Source of the DNA: Podarcis melisellensis
Taxonomy: Eukaryota
Assembly (NCBI GenBank): GCA_964234715.1
Contig: OZ174277.1
DNA length: 64,000 bases
Reading direction: 5' to 3' (one strand)
Each line of letters starts with the position of its first letter. Position 1 is the first letter of the stretch. Shown in pieces: positions 1 through 11,187 of this stretch. The notes below the pieces were generated by a model, which worked only from the letters and a program-made list of their open reading frames with translations, searched no databases and had not been told where the DNA came from. The translations under genes and the position numbers were made by a program.

Positions 1-1491
1 TCTCCAGCGCAGTTCCTGCTGGTTGCCAGGCAACCCCATTCGAACAAATGTTACACAATCTCTACAGTTCTGCTTTTCTTGTTAGGAGAACATGCACCTT
101 GGCTAAAAATGGAATGGTTCCTTTCTTCAGGCGACCCCAGGGGGGGAAAACAACGCATCCAGCCCAGAGATATTTTTAAAATGGAATCAAAACACTTAAG
201 CGGTTGAATTGTGAGGCTTTCGTATATCAGGTTCCAGGATCACGGAGGGCCTGTTGGCTTATTTGAAGTGTTGGCGCTCGGTGGTACATCCGTTCTCCTC
301 TCCCGTCACTTAAACAGAGAAGTTTCCTGGATGGAATTTGTATAACTGCCAGGCTGTAGGCTCACAAATCAGAATGACGTGACAAAATGTAAAACACAAA
401 AGAAACAGCTGAATGGTAACCGTGGCTTGAAATTGAGAGTGTGCGTTTCTCGCTATTTTTGTCTTTTAACGGAGAGACCTGAAGAAGCCAAGACGTACGC
501 AGGTGAGGAAACCCAGCACTTGGAAGGAAAAAATCATTCTTATGTGGAACAGCTTAGAAACATAGACTAGGAAGAACAGAAGACCTGCTGCCTCAGGCCA
601 AAGGCCCAACGGGTTCAGGAGCTGAGTCTTGTAATTCCCAGAAACTGTTTTTTACAGGCATACTGCTTTCAACCGTGCAGGTAGATCATAGCCATCCTGA
701 CTTATTTATAGGCTTATCTGTGGCATCTGAATATAGACTGCATTTTTAATCAAGACTTATATTGGCTTATATCTTGATCAGGTTCCTAAATTAAATGGGC
801 TTAGATTTTCAAATGTTTCATGCCAGGCAGAGGAACCTTGGCAATGTTTTCCTCCTGAACAAGGGCCCCCCCCCCTGATTTATAGCAGGAAAAACAATTC
901 TCAAAGTCGTTAAAAAAAAGAGGAAATTACAGACTGAGAGCAAGGACACTGATCCTGCATGTTACAGAACATAAAAAAGGCTGAGAAAACACAATTAGGA
1001 ATGGGCAAATAGTAAAATGATACCATGGGCCTTTCATTAGAGCAGTGAAAAAGGCAACTGGCTGGAAGAATGAGAGCATTTTTGGGAAATCTTTAAAAGC
1101 TGTTTTTTACTGAGTTCCTTCCTTTTTATTTTACAAAGGTTTTATTTTTTTAAAAGGCTACCTATGATAATGTATGAAATATATTAGCTTAAATATATTG
1201 GCTTAAATGTAATTATGCAAAGGATTTAAGAAATGCTAGATTCATAGAGTCATATTGCAATAGGAGACCAGAGGGGCAAATGAGCCTAGCCCCCCTTGCC
1301 AGACAGGAGACGCCATCGAACACTTCTGATATATAGTTGTCAGGCATTTGTTTAAAAGACCCTCAAATGAAGGAGATCTTTCAATGATGATTAACTCAAG
1401 ATCCTTGAAGATAAAAATGTAAGATTAACCATTTGTTTTAGAAGGCAATAGGGCAAGGAGGGCAAGAGGTGAGCTGGTAATTAAGATTCCA

Positions 1492-1837
1492 TGTAAGATA
1501 TATTATTACTTATTTGTCATTTATATATAGCTCTTTGTGTTCCATATAAGGACAGGAGGATATGGGTGTATCTTTTTGTGATTAGTTATAGCAATCAGCC
1601 AATAGGAAATCCAACCAGGCTGATTGAACAGAGGCAGCCCAAGGAGGAGCAAAGGGGGCTGGATTAAGGGAATATAAGTGCTGGCCATAATGGCAGGAGG
1701 CAGGCCAGAGCTTGGTAACCATATACCACTGTGCCTCTCATTTATTTGTCTGACAAATAAATTATTATTTTAATTTCTCTGTTGCTGCGTTGAATATTTC
1801 ATTCCAGCTAAGCGTTAACCACAAGCAGGGTGCTACA
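1492..1837 (+). mobile_element. Possible solo LTR
   Basis: TGTA...TACA ends, with CCAAT (about 1599), TATA-like AATATAA (about 1671) and AATAAA (about 1756) in LTR order. No clean TSD. Confidence 0.4.
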
Positions 1838-1844
1838 TATCCTT

Positions 1845-1945
1845 CATGGTGGACACCAACTTGGATGGCTTTCAAAGAGAATTAACCAAATTCCTGGAGG
1901 ACAAAGGTAATTGATGACTACTAAACGGCTATGGACCTCAATACC
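1845..1945 (+). mobile_element. CR1 LINE 3' fragment (old)
   Basis: caccaacttggatggctttcaaagagaattaaccaaattcctggagga resembles the end of CR1 ORF2. Confidence 0.6.
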
Positions 1946-2039
1946 TCAGGGATCGTCTCTCTTCATACAAACTGACCCCGACCCTGCGCTTGTCATCTGA
2001 GACACTTCTCTATGTCTCTCCCCTTCCCCCTCCCCACAA

Positions 2040-2210
2040 CCCAGAAAGTTTTGGAGGATGGCAACAAGAGAACGTGTCTTTTGTGTGGTGGCTCCCCGAT
2101 TGTGGAATGCTCTCCCCAGAGAGGCAAGGGATCTGATTGGCTGTGTAGTTCTGAAGGAGTTTTTGTCTGTATATTTGCTTGAATGTGTCCCTGCTATGAA
2201 CAAGGCCTGA
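2040..2210 (+). mobile_element. L2 LINE 3' fragment (old)
   Basis: gtggtggctccccgattgtggaatgctctccccagagagg (APxLWNALP) is typical of the end of L2 ORF2. Confidence 0.6.
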
Positions 2211-2518
2211 AGTAAGAAAGACAAAATCTCTCTGTTTCTTTCTCCTCAGATTATATGCTGGGTGTTTTTTGTTCAGCTTTTGGCACCAGGATTTATTTTC
2301 TCTCTGGATGTCGCCTGCGTTATTTAAGTGACTTTTCCAACAATGCATGTCCTCTCAAGGATACATTTCAGAAAGGCTTCCTGTTCTTCTAGGTAGGTAG
2401 AGCTGCACACCAAAGGAAAAGAGCAGTCTGGAAAGGTGGTGGGCAGGGCCAGAAGCAAAATGGAGCAATGGTGGGACACTTACCTTACATTACAGCTATG
2501 CAGAAGCTAGAAGTTTCT

Positions 2519-2523
<5 letters not shown>

Positions 2524-2599
<76 letters not shown>
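2524..2599. repeat. Compound (TC)n(CA)n microsatellite
   Basis: Directly visible. Confidence 0.99.
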
Positions 2600-2602
<3 letters not shown>

Positions 2603-3207
2603 CCCAGGCATACAAGAACCATCACTATAGTTCAAATACATTCCAGTCGGGCAAAAGCAGTTAAGGAGGGCGTGACCTGGGGATCATCTCAGGGGCCAAG
2701 TAAAGATGCCTAGAGGGCCACATTTGACACCTGGACCTAAGGTTCCCCACCCCTGACACAATGCTAAACTATGCCTTTGTGCCATGTCCAAAATGGACCT
2801 TGAATGTGCATTAAATTCACACTGTAGAAAGTTGCAGAGAAATTTAATTTTGCCTCCCACTTTTCTCCTTTTCAAACAAAGCAATCTCTAGTTTATCTCC
2901 GCATATAAGGTCTAGGGATGGTTCAGTTTCACTGTGTGAAGTTCGGTCTTGGCAAAGTCACTGTCTATTTGTAACTTTGTCCCCATTTGACTACTTGTCT
3001 CTTGAGGTTAATACGCATGCATCTCTATTTTTAAAAAAAGACATTGGTTATGTAATCCACTGGGATTAAAAAACAAACAGTAACAAGTAGGGTTTTTAAA
3101 AAAAGTTTCGCTGAATTTCAGAAGCACGTAGGGGGGAAATAGTCACATGTGTATCTATCAAAAATATACATATTCTGCACATTATTGCATTAGCCAAGTA
3201 TACTATT

Positions 3208-3388
3208 ATGCTAAAGTGGTTGGAGCTGAAGGTAATAGCAGGGAGAACCAGGTTCAGCACCACACTGAGCCATGAAGTTCACTGGGTGACCTTGGGCCAG
3301 TTAGGCTGAGAGAGAGAGAGAGTCTGAACAGGGTTGTTGTGATAATGCAGTTGGTGGGGAAAGCATGTCTACCATATTGAACTCCTTA
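3208..3388 (+). mobile_element. Old MIR/Squam3-like CORE SINE
   Basis: Degraded tRNA head (ccaggttca), CORE motif ctgggtgaccttgggccag, and cagggttgttgtga. Confidence 0.6.
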
Positions 3389-4253
3389 TACCACTATATA
3401 TTTTGGAAAGTCATCCTACTATGCATTTGGACATCTTTCTGAAAATACCATAACCAAATTTTGCATGATGGTTCCTGAGATCAAAGAGCAGGTTTCTGTC
3501 TACGTTTAGAAATAGTGGACTGCACGGATTTTGAATCAAGATGACAGACCGAACCTTTCAAAACTGCAGTGATTTTAACCACTGATTTCAAATCTGCATC
3601 CATTTTTTGGTTTCTTACAATTCCTAAGTAACACCACGCACAAGGCTGCTAGTTGTTTATATATTGATGGGCTGATTGTTTTAAATGTAAAAGCGAAATT
3701 ACACCAGTAAATTGAGATCACCCATAAAACAAATTCTAATTTAAAAGAAATGTCTGCCAGTGAAACTTTGTAAAACTCCGTAGGCAAAATATCGACTCCA
3801 GAGGGTGTGGGTGTGTGAAAAAGCTCTTGTTGATGGTGCTAAGGTATTTTTTGTCCCCAGTTGCTTTGTACCAGAGCAGAGCTATGAAGTCCCTTAGGTG
3901 TCTGATAGTGAAACAGGATCCCACACACTTCCTGGCTGCTGAGCTGGATGTCGGTGAAGGCAGCATTCCAAATTATTTGTTGTGTGCTGACGGAATGGCC
4001 TCCAGACAGCTTGTACTTTTGGCAGCTTGCTAACCAGATCCATTTGGCCATATCGAGGCGGTGTTTTCCTGCTCTTTTTTTGTTTTTGTTTTTTAAACAG
4101 CTCCCTAGCTAAGCAATGGAAAAGTTTCACACTGGCATTTCCAGTTTGCGTATATTTGTTTCCCCCAGATGAGATAGCCACAGTATCAAAGATGTCGCCT
4201 ACCAGAAACCAGTGGCCCAGAACCAACAACTTACAGGTGAACAAACCTCAGTA

Positions 4254-4495
4254 CGGTGGTACCTCAGGTTAAGAACTTAATTCATTCTGGAGGTCCGTTC
4301 TTAACCTGAAAATGTTCTTAACCTGACGTACCACTTTAGCTAATGGGGCCTCCAGCTGCTGCCGCGCCACCGCCGCGCAATTTCTGTTCTCATCCTGAAG
4401 CAAAGTTCTTAACCTGAGGTACTATTTCTGAGTTAGCGGAGTCTGTAACCTGAAACGTCTGAAACCTGAAGCGTCTGTAACCTGAGGTACCACTG
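4254..4495. mobile_element. Tigger/pogo-type (Tc1-mariner) MITE
   Basis: TIRs c(g/a)gtggtacctcaggtta, TA on both flanks, internal ttaacctga repeats. Confidence 0.9.
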
Positions 4496-5628
4496 TATTC
4501 AGAGCTGAGCAGTGGTATGCATTTCTGATGCCATCGCTAACTCTTGAGAAGCCCAGGGAGCCTTAAATCTCTTGCCTCAGAAGAATTCTAATTTCTGCCA
4601 GTGGATCTGCCAGCGCTTTCTCACAACTCTCTTATTCTGCGCCCAACTTTTCTGTGGGAAGGTGGGGCCGCTTCATATTGTTGTGTGCTCTGACCCAGTA
4701 GTTCCAAAATTTCATTCTCTGGGCCAAACCTTCAGAATAAAAACTTGCTCATGCCACACCCATTTTTTTAATTGATGGGAAATACATTGGGGGATGAGCA
4801 GAAGGCACCTGCAAATACATACGTGACTGAATGAACTTCCTGTGCAAAAGCTGGGTAAAAACAAAGCAGGTTACACGGCAATGTCAAACAAAACCACAGG
4901 CGGTAAGATAATGATTCCGCGCTGAACCACCATACCCTGACCGAGCTCGCTTGACAGTGATGCAAGCTCATCTGCTTTTTCTGGAATTAAAAAATTACTA
5001 CTGTTGCAAAGTAGGCAAGCCTTTAATGATACAGTATGCAGCTGATAAAAGTTTATTCCAACACTGATTTTCATCTTGGGGGCTACGCCAGCTGCTGACT
5101 GGTGTAACGTGGTTTAACAAAGGAAGGGTTTAAATTTGTCGTTGGTTAAATTATGGGGCTCATTGCCCTAACCCCGCCCTTGTCTTGCCACTGCCTGTCA
5201 TACATCTCTGCTGATGTGGTTCTGGAAGAGCACTGCTCATCTGCACATGCTTGAGCATGAACAGCTTTGTATGATCGCACTGTGCCTGGGAGTGCGATGC
5301 CAGCATTCACCACAAGGAGAAAACAAATATTTGGGGACAATGGGGACAGCAGGAAAAGAAGAGAATTGTAGGGTTGTCTGGAAAGGTCTGTTGGGATGGA
5401 TGTGGTTGGAAAGGTACAAACTGAAAACAAGGCTTAGAGAGGAGCGGAGGCAAGAGGCACAGTGGAAAGAGGCTGGTGAAGAAGCCAGAGAGTCATCCCC
5501 TTCTGCTGCGACCAGCTCCCCTCCCCTTGGTCTCGCAGAACCAGAAGAGGAATGAAGAGGGTGGAGCAAAGAGAGACATGGCAAAAGAGCCTCAGCTTGA
5601 TGGGTAAGGACCTGGGGAAGGAGACAGG

Positions 5629-5956
5629 GAAGAAGAAGAAGAAGAAGAAGAAGAAGAAGAAGAAGAAGAAGAAGAAGAAGAAGAAGAAGAAGAAGAAGAA
5701 GAAGAAGAGGAGGAGGAGGAGTTTGGATTTGATATCCCGCCTTTCACTCCCTTTAAGGAGTCTCAAAGCGGCTAACCTTCTCCTTTCCCTTCTTCCCCCA
5801 CAACAAACACTCTGTGAGGTGAGTGGGGCTGAGAGACTTCAAAGAAGTGTGACAGGCCCAAGGTCACCCAGCAGCTGCATGTGGAGGAGTGGAGACGCGA
5901 ACCCGGTTCCCCAGATTACGAGACTACCGCTCTTAACCACTACACCACACTGGCTC
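5629..5956 (-). mobile_element. Young Squam3-type tRNA/CORE SINE with (CTC)n(TTC)n tail
   Basis: Minus strand reads gagccagtgtggtgtagtggttaagagc (A box), gggttcgcgtc (B-box-like), gggtgaccttgggc (CORE), an L2-like tail, then the microsatellite seen as (GAA)n at 5629-5722. Near-identical to 21600-21846. Confidence 0.9.
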
Positions 5957-6671
5957 TTAACCACTCACCACACTGGGAGCTGTAGGAAGGCAGGGATCTT
6001 CGTTCCTTGCAACTACCTCATTGGAGCAAGACCACCTGTGATCACTAGGCCTGTGCTGTTTTGGTTTATTCGAATAAAGAGTTAACTTCACTGACACTGG
6101 GTGTTTTATTGCTGACCTTCTCAGCTCCTGGGACTTCAGGATACATAAGGAGTGTGGCTAATGTCATGAGCAAACACTAGCAATGGACTAAACAAATAAC
6201 GTGTGCACAGCCTTAAACCAGACTTGCGTAACTTGTGGTTTGCCAAGCCAAGTCCCATCCACCAGCCATGTATCATAGCCTGACAGGTACTTCCCTCCTG
6301 TTTTATTGCAGTGTCAAGCATGACCAAAACAACGTTCACTGAATCCTCTGAGAGGCTGGAGGTGCAACTGATCAGAACTTGTGCAGGATGAACCTCTGCT
6401 TATTGGTGAGTTAACCACAGGCATGCAAAGCAGATTCTGGATAGTCAGGCTTGATTGTGTGTTCTGTTGAATAAAAATCTCAGTGTGACCCTGGCTGGAG
6501 CTCAACCAGCTTGCCTGTGTACTTTTATTATTCTTTATTAATTTTGTATATCGTCCTTTATCCATAGGTCTCAGCATGGCGGTGCTGTCCTGAAAGAAAT
6601 ATCTTTATGGTGTTGCTGTGCTGGTAGGTTCTGATTCTCAAGCTTAGTTTCAACGTCATGGTCAAAACATA

Positions 6672-7123
6672 CCGTATTTTTCGCTCCATAAGACGCACTT
6701 TTTCCCTCCTAAAAAGTAAGGGGAAATGTGTGTGCGTCTTATGGAGCGAATGCAGGGGGGAGGCAGGCAGGAAAAGCCCCCAAGAGCCGCACACAAGCTC
6801 CGCGCAGCTCTTGCTGACTTTTCCCCAGGAGGGAGAAGGGGCTGACGCAGCGTAGAAAAACCCACAGGAGCCGCACGCTCCTTAAAGGGTGCGCGGCTCC
6901 TGTGGGCTTTTGCGGGAGGTGGGGGAATTGCCATAGAGGCTGCGCGCAGCTAAAGGAGCCAAGACAGCGAGCGGGATCCATCGCGCTCGCTGTCTTGGCT
7001 TCTTCTTTAGCCACGTGCAACCTCTCCAGCTGGGAGAGGCTGCGCGTGGCTATGGCAAAAGCCAAGACAGCCAGCTTCCCCCAGCAGTCCCGAGAAGCTC
7101 TGGGAGAAGCTCTGGGAGAATTT

Positions 7124-7158
<35 letters not shown>

Positions 7159-7223
7159 TTTCCCCCTCTAAAAACTAGGTGCTCCTTATGGTCCAGTGCA
7201 CCTTATGGAGCGAAAAAATACGG
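6672..7223. mobile_element. Tc2/pogo-type MITE with CCGTA termini
   Basis: TIR ccgtatttttcgctccataag / cttatggagcgaaaaaatacgg, TA TSD, internal hairpins and (ATTT)n. Confidence 0.9.
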
Positions 7224-7405
7224 TAGTTAGAAATGAACTGCAGAGGTCATGTGCTCTCTCCCCTTCTCTCCTCCCATACACTGATTCTCCTTTTTGATTT
7301 GCGGTCATCATAGTTTACATTGGTGTCCAAACTGGGCATGTATTGCTACAGACTGTACCATAGCTTGCCTTCAAATCATAATTGGGGGAAATGGTTTGAA
7401 GCGGT

Positions 7406-7447
7406 ATTATTATTATTATTATCATTATTACTATTATTACTATTGTT
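7406..7447. repeat. (ATT)n microsatellite
   Basis: Directly visible. Confidence 0.95.
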
Positions 7448-7984
7448 ACGAGAAACCAGGAAGAGGGGAGAAGAAGCTGAGAAAGTGGGAGAAAGGAGGA
7501 CCTGTGTCCGCAGCATGTTCCAAAGGGCCAAAGCATAGTCTTCTCATGGCATCTGAACTGGGCCACCCTGTGGATTCATTCAGTGGGATTCATGGTAAAA
7601 CACAGCAAATATTGCCCATACTCTTCCCCCACCCACTCTGCATTGCTTTTGCAAAGATTCTCGGCTGCACAGCAACCTTAAAGAACTGTTTAAGGAAGGA
7701 AATGATGAAATCTATTATTATCAAATGCTTCATGTCAACAGCTCTCTGAGTTGGTATAATACCTTTTTACCCTCCAGGGTTGAGCAGTGCTTTCTAAACC
7801 TCTTTCCTTTCCGATATATATCCTTAGGTACAGCATAATTAAATAGCATTAGGGAATAATCTATTGTTCTGTGTGCTTGTCCTTTCCCAGACTATGGAAA
7901 GTTTGGAGCAACCCTTTCCTTTCAATAATGCAACACTGGAAACATCTATTGTCTTTGAAACCATCTATTTACAAAAGTTTGTAA

Positions 7985-8453
7985 TTTATTACGTTTATAT
8001 ATTTTCGTCCAATGAGCTCAAGGTGGTGTACACTGTTCACCCCCTCCTTATATAATTCCCACAACACCTCTGTGAGGTAGGTTAGGCTGAGAGGAAATGA
8101 CTAAAGCAAAGTCACTGTTATGTACTGAGCTGAATAGGATCCAGAATGCAGCAGTCTGATTGGTCCGCAGGAGCCACCCAATCCAACTCCAGGTGGAAGT
8201 GAGTCCGCAACCTGATTCGCCTACAGGAGAATCCTGGAACTAGCCAATCACGTGGGGCCCATTATGTAAATAATGTATAAAGCAGACATTTCGGGGGAAC
8301 TTCCATTCCTCACTACTATGAGCTGAATAAAGAGCATGAAATCCACTCTCGACTCTGAGTATATTTCAGTCACCTAGGGAGTTTCATGGCTAAGTAGATT
8401 TGAACCCTAGTCTCCCTGGTCCAACACTCTAACTACTACACCACACTGGCTCT
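7985..8453 (-). mobile_element. Old MIR/Squam3-like SINE split by a solo LTR
   Basis: cacaacacctctgtgaggtaggttaggctgagag...gtcac, then after the LTR ...gaaccctagtctcc...ctacaccacactggctc; same architecture as the young Squam3 copies. Confidence 0.75.
8116..8368 (+). mobile_element. Solo LTR, copy 1, 5-bp TSD GTCAC
   Basis: TGTTATGTA...TATTTCA ends. GTCAC at 8111-8115 and 8369-8373. Contains CCAAT boxes, TATAAA and AATAAA. Confidence 0.9.
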
Positions 8454-8489
8454 CTTAAGCATAGTTTGAGCAATTACTATAGTGTAGGT

Positions 8490-9138
8490 CAGAGGCTTTC
8501 AACCTTTTTGGGTCCACGGCTCCCTCGACCAACTACATTCTTTCTGTAGCACCCCTGTGGGGCTCAGGAGCCCAGTTATGTCACCCCTTGCCTACAGAGC
8601 CAGCAGCCCCTCACTCCTTTTCGAACACCCTCCTTTGTGGAGTGTTCCCTCAGCCTCCTCTCCTCTTCCCTCTCCTTGGGAGTCCTCCGGGTAGCCACTG
8701 CTGACGCCCCTGGTCTCTGAGCTGCCCTGCCCCCACCCCAAGGAGAGGTGCCTCCTCACACTGCCCTACAGAGGCCTGGGAAGCCCCCCCTGCCAGCCCT
8801 AGAGGCACCACTCACCTGGGGAGCTTGTAGCTAGGGCTGCTGCAACGAATACCTGTGCAAGCCTTTTGGAGGCAGAGACACAAGAGGGCATCAGAGGAGG
8901 GAGGGAAGGAAAGAGGGACAGAGGCCAGTGTTGCCCACAACACCCCTGACCAGTGGCGTAGCGTGGGGGGTGCAGGGGGGCCCGGCCGCACCGGGCACAA
9001 CATCTGGGGGTTAGGGTTAGGGGGCGCAAATCCACGGGTTAGGGGGCACAAATTACTTGCCTTGCCCCGGGTGCTGACAACCCATGCTACGCCACTGCCC
9101 CTGACCATCGTTCAAGGCACCCTGGTTGAAAACCACTG
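8490..9138. mobile_element. Non-autonomous hAT (Charlie-like) element containing a nested hAT MITE
   Basis: TIRs cagaggctttcaacc / ggttgaaaaccactg. Degenerate 8-bp TSD gtgtaggt / gtataggg. Confidence 0.8.
8951..9097. mobile_element. 147-bp hAT MITE with TTAGGG motifs, perfect 8-bp TSD CCCCTGAC
   Basis: TIR cagtggcgtagc(g/a)tggg. TSD at 8943-8950 and 9098-9105. Confidence 0.92.
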
Positions 9139-9509
9139 GTATAGGGGTTTAAAAGCAAGCAGATAGAGGCGGTCACTGTTATCTCCAAAGCAAGGCCTGT
9201 CCTCTCCCTGCAAAAATCAAGAACCAATTCATTCTCCTCTCACCTGCCAAACAAATTACTCTGTTCAACTCTCCTTTCCCCCACTCCCTGCGACCAGACT
9301 GGGTAAACCAGTTTTATCTGCAGCATACCTTGGAGGCAGGTGTGACCCAGGTTACCTACAGCTATCTCTTGCATTGCTTGACCTTTATGACCTTTTACTT
9401 TGGGGGGACGGACAAAAACAAAATAGAAACAGCGCTCTTCTCTCTGCACTCAAGGTACCGGTATACATCCCAAGCACTTAGGCTCCCCTTGATGCAGTCA
9501 TTAGAGATG

Positions 9510-9620
9510 GCTCTGGCCCACACCAGCTTCTGCCACAATAAACTTAGCGGTCTTTAACGCGCCACAACACTGTTTGTTCTTTTTGTTGCTACAGAATAAG
9601 CAAGGCTCCCCCTCTTGAAT
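9510..9620 (+). mobile_element. Penelope-like element fragment (old)
   Basis: gccacaataaacttagcggtctttaacgcgccacaa...ttgctacaga...ggctccccctct resembles the reptile Penelope terminal repeat; related to 57740-57900. Confidence 0.6.
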
Positions 9621-10568
9621 TTTAAAGGAGGTTTTAGGGAATGAGCAGCTTACTGACTGCTCCACCGCACTCTAATCAGGTCCCACCCTAGGAGGACAGC
9701 GTGACTCACAACACCTTATTACTGCTCAAGACAGAGTCTCTTTCACTATAAAATGCCCTGCACTTTGACAGCCATTCTTTTCAAAACAGAAGACATTAAT
9801 AGTTTTATTTAGCATAACTGCTTTGGTGTTTTGTTTTGCTTTGTTTTGTTGCAACAGCATTACCTCTCTTGCCCCGCAGCGCAAGCACAATAATAAGAGT
9901 TTTATGATCTGCCCTGCAAGTCAATTGAAGAAACCCAACGGCTGCATTTTTTGGATGGCATGCTAAAGCATGGCTTAGTATGGCATGAGTAAGCCTAGGG
10001 AAAGGGGCAAGAGTGCATGCCTGATGGCAGTGCCATAGCTATGGGGTGGGGGCCTAGCTGGGGGTTTTGCCCCAGGGGAAGCCTCCTGAGGAGTACCATT
10101 AAGGCTCCCAGCCTCTGCGTGCGTGTGTGTGCATTTGTGTGTGTGTAAGCAAATGTGGGGTTCTCTGTTTTTTGCCAAACTGGTTCTTTGAGCCAGGTGA
10201 AATAAAGTCTAGTTTTGCCCCTGCCTGTTGGTCACCTAGTCTACGGGTTGAGCCATGGGCACCAGTATGGAAACAGGAAGGGAACCAGAGTCAGGATAAA
10301 AGGGCAATCAGGGCAAGAAGAGGCAGGACCAAAAGAAACACAGAGGCATAGCACAGTTCAGGTTGGCCTTCTTGCTCAAGCAAAGCAGGAAGTCTTCTTA
10401 CATTCCTTCCTCTCCAGGAGGAGCCAATGCCTAGCAGGCTGAGTCAGTTCAGAGCCAGAAGGCTCTTTACTGAGATGTTGCCGTTGAGAAGTTCACTGCA
10501 TCAGGGACAACGATCAGCAGTTCTTGACGCTAACACTCGTTCATGTCAGGCTAGACTCTGCTTTAGAG

Positions 10569-10709
10569 CAGGGTTTCCCAAACTTGGGTCTTCAGCTGTT
10601 TTTGGACTACAACTCCCATCATCCCTAGCTCGCAGGACTAGTGGTCAAGGATGATGGGAATTGTAGCCCCAAAACAGTTGGAGAGATAAGTTTGGGGAAG
10701 GGAACCCTG
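10569..10709. mobile_element. Palindromic hAT MITE
   Basis: TIR cagggtt...aaccctg, internal foldback ctacaactcccatcatcc / ggatgatgggaattgtag, TSD ctttagag / cttcacag. Confidence 0.85.
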
Positions 10710-10930
10710 CTTCACAGCAAGGGTTTTCAACCTTTGTGGGATTATGGAGGCATCTGCAAATCAGATAAATTGTTGTGGGCACTATTCTCATCCTGTAAAC
10801 AAGCACCTTCTGCAACTGAATGTATGGAGCTTAAAATAATGCTTCTTTCAAGCATTATTGGGTGCCGCAGGAGGCGTCTCCATACTGGCAACTTCTGGTT
10901 GGTAACACCTGAATGTAGCCCATTATTATA

Positions 10931-11142
10931 CAGTGGTACCCCGGGTTGCAGACACTTCAGGTTACAGACTCTGCTAACCCAGAAATAGTACCTCAGGTTC
11001 AGAACTTTGCTTCAGGATGAGAACAGAAATCATGTGGCAGCGGGAGGCCCCATTAGCTAAAGTGGTACCTCAGGTTAAGAACAGTTTCAGGTTAAGAATG
11101 GACCTCCAGAATGAATTAAGTTCTTAACCCGAGGCACCACTT
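10931..11142. mobile_element. Tigger/pogo-type MITE (same family as 4254-4495, opposite orientation)
   Basis: ta|cagtggtacc...gaggcaccactt|ta; reverse-complement match to the 4254 copy. Confidence 0.88.
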
Positions 11143-11187
11143 TATATAGATTGGGCTTAAATTTTTGCACATGACTACCAAGGAGTG

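Noticed and set aside
5552-6085. 177-aa poly-Lys ORF and the similar ORF at 21586-21891
   Set aside because: Both are read-throughs of the (GAA)n tail and antisense SINE body.
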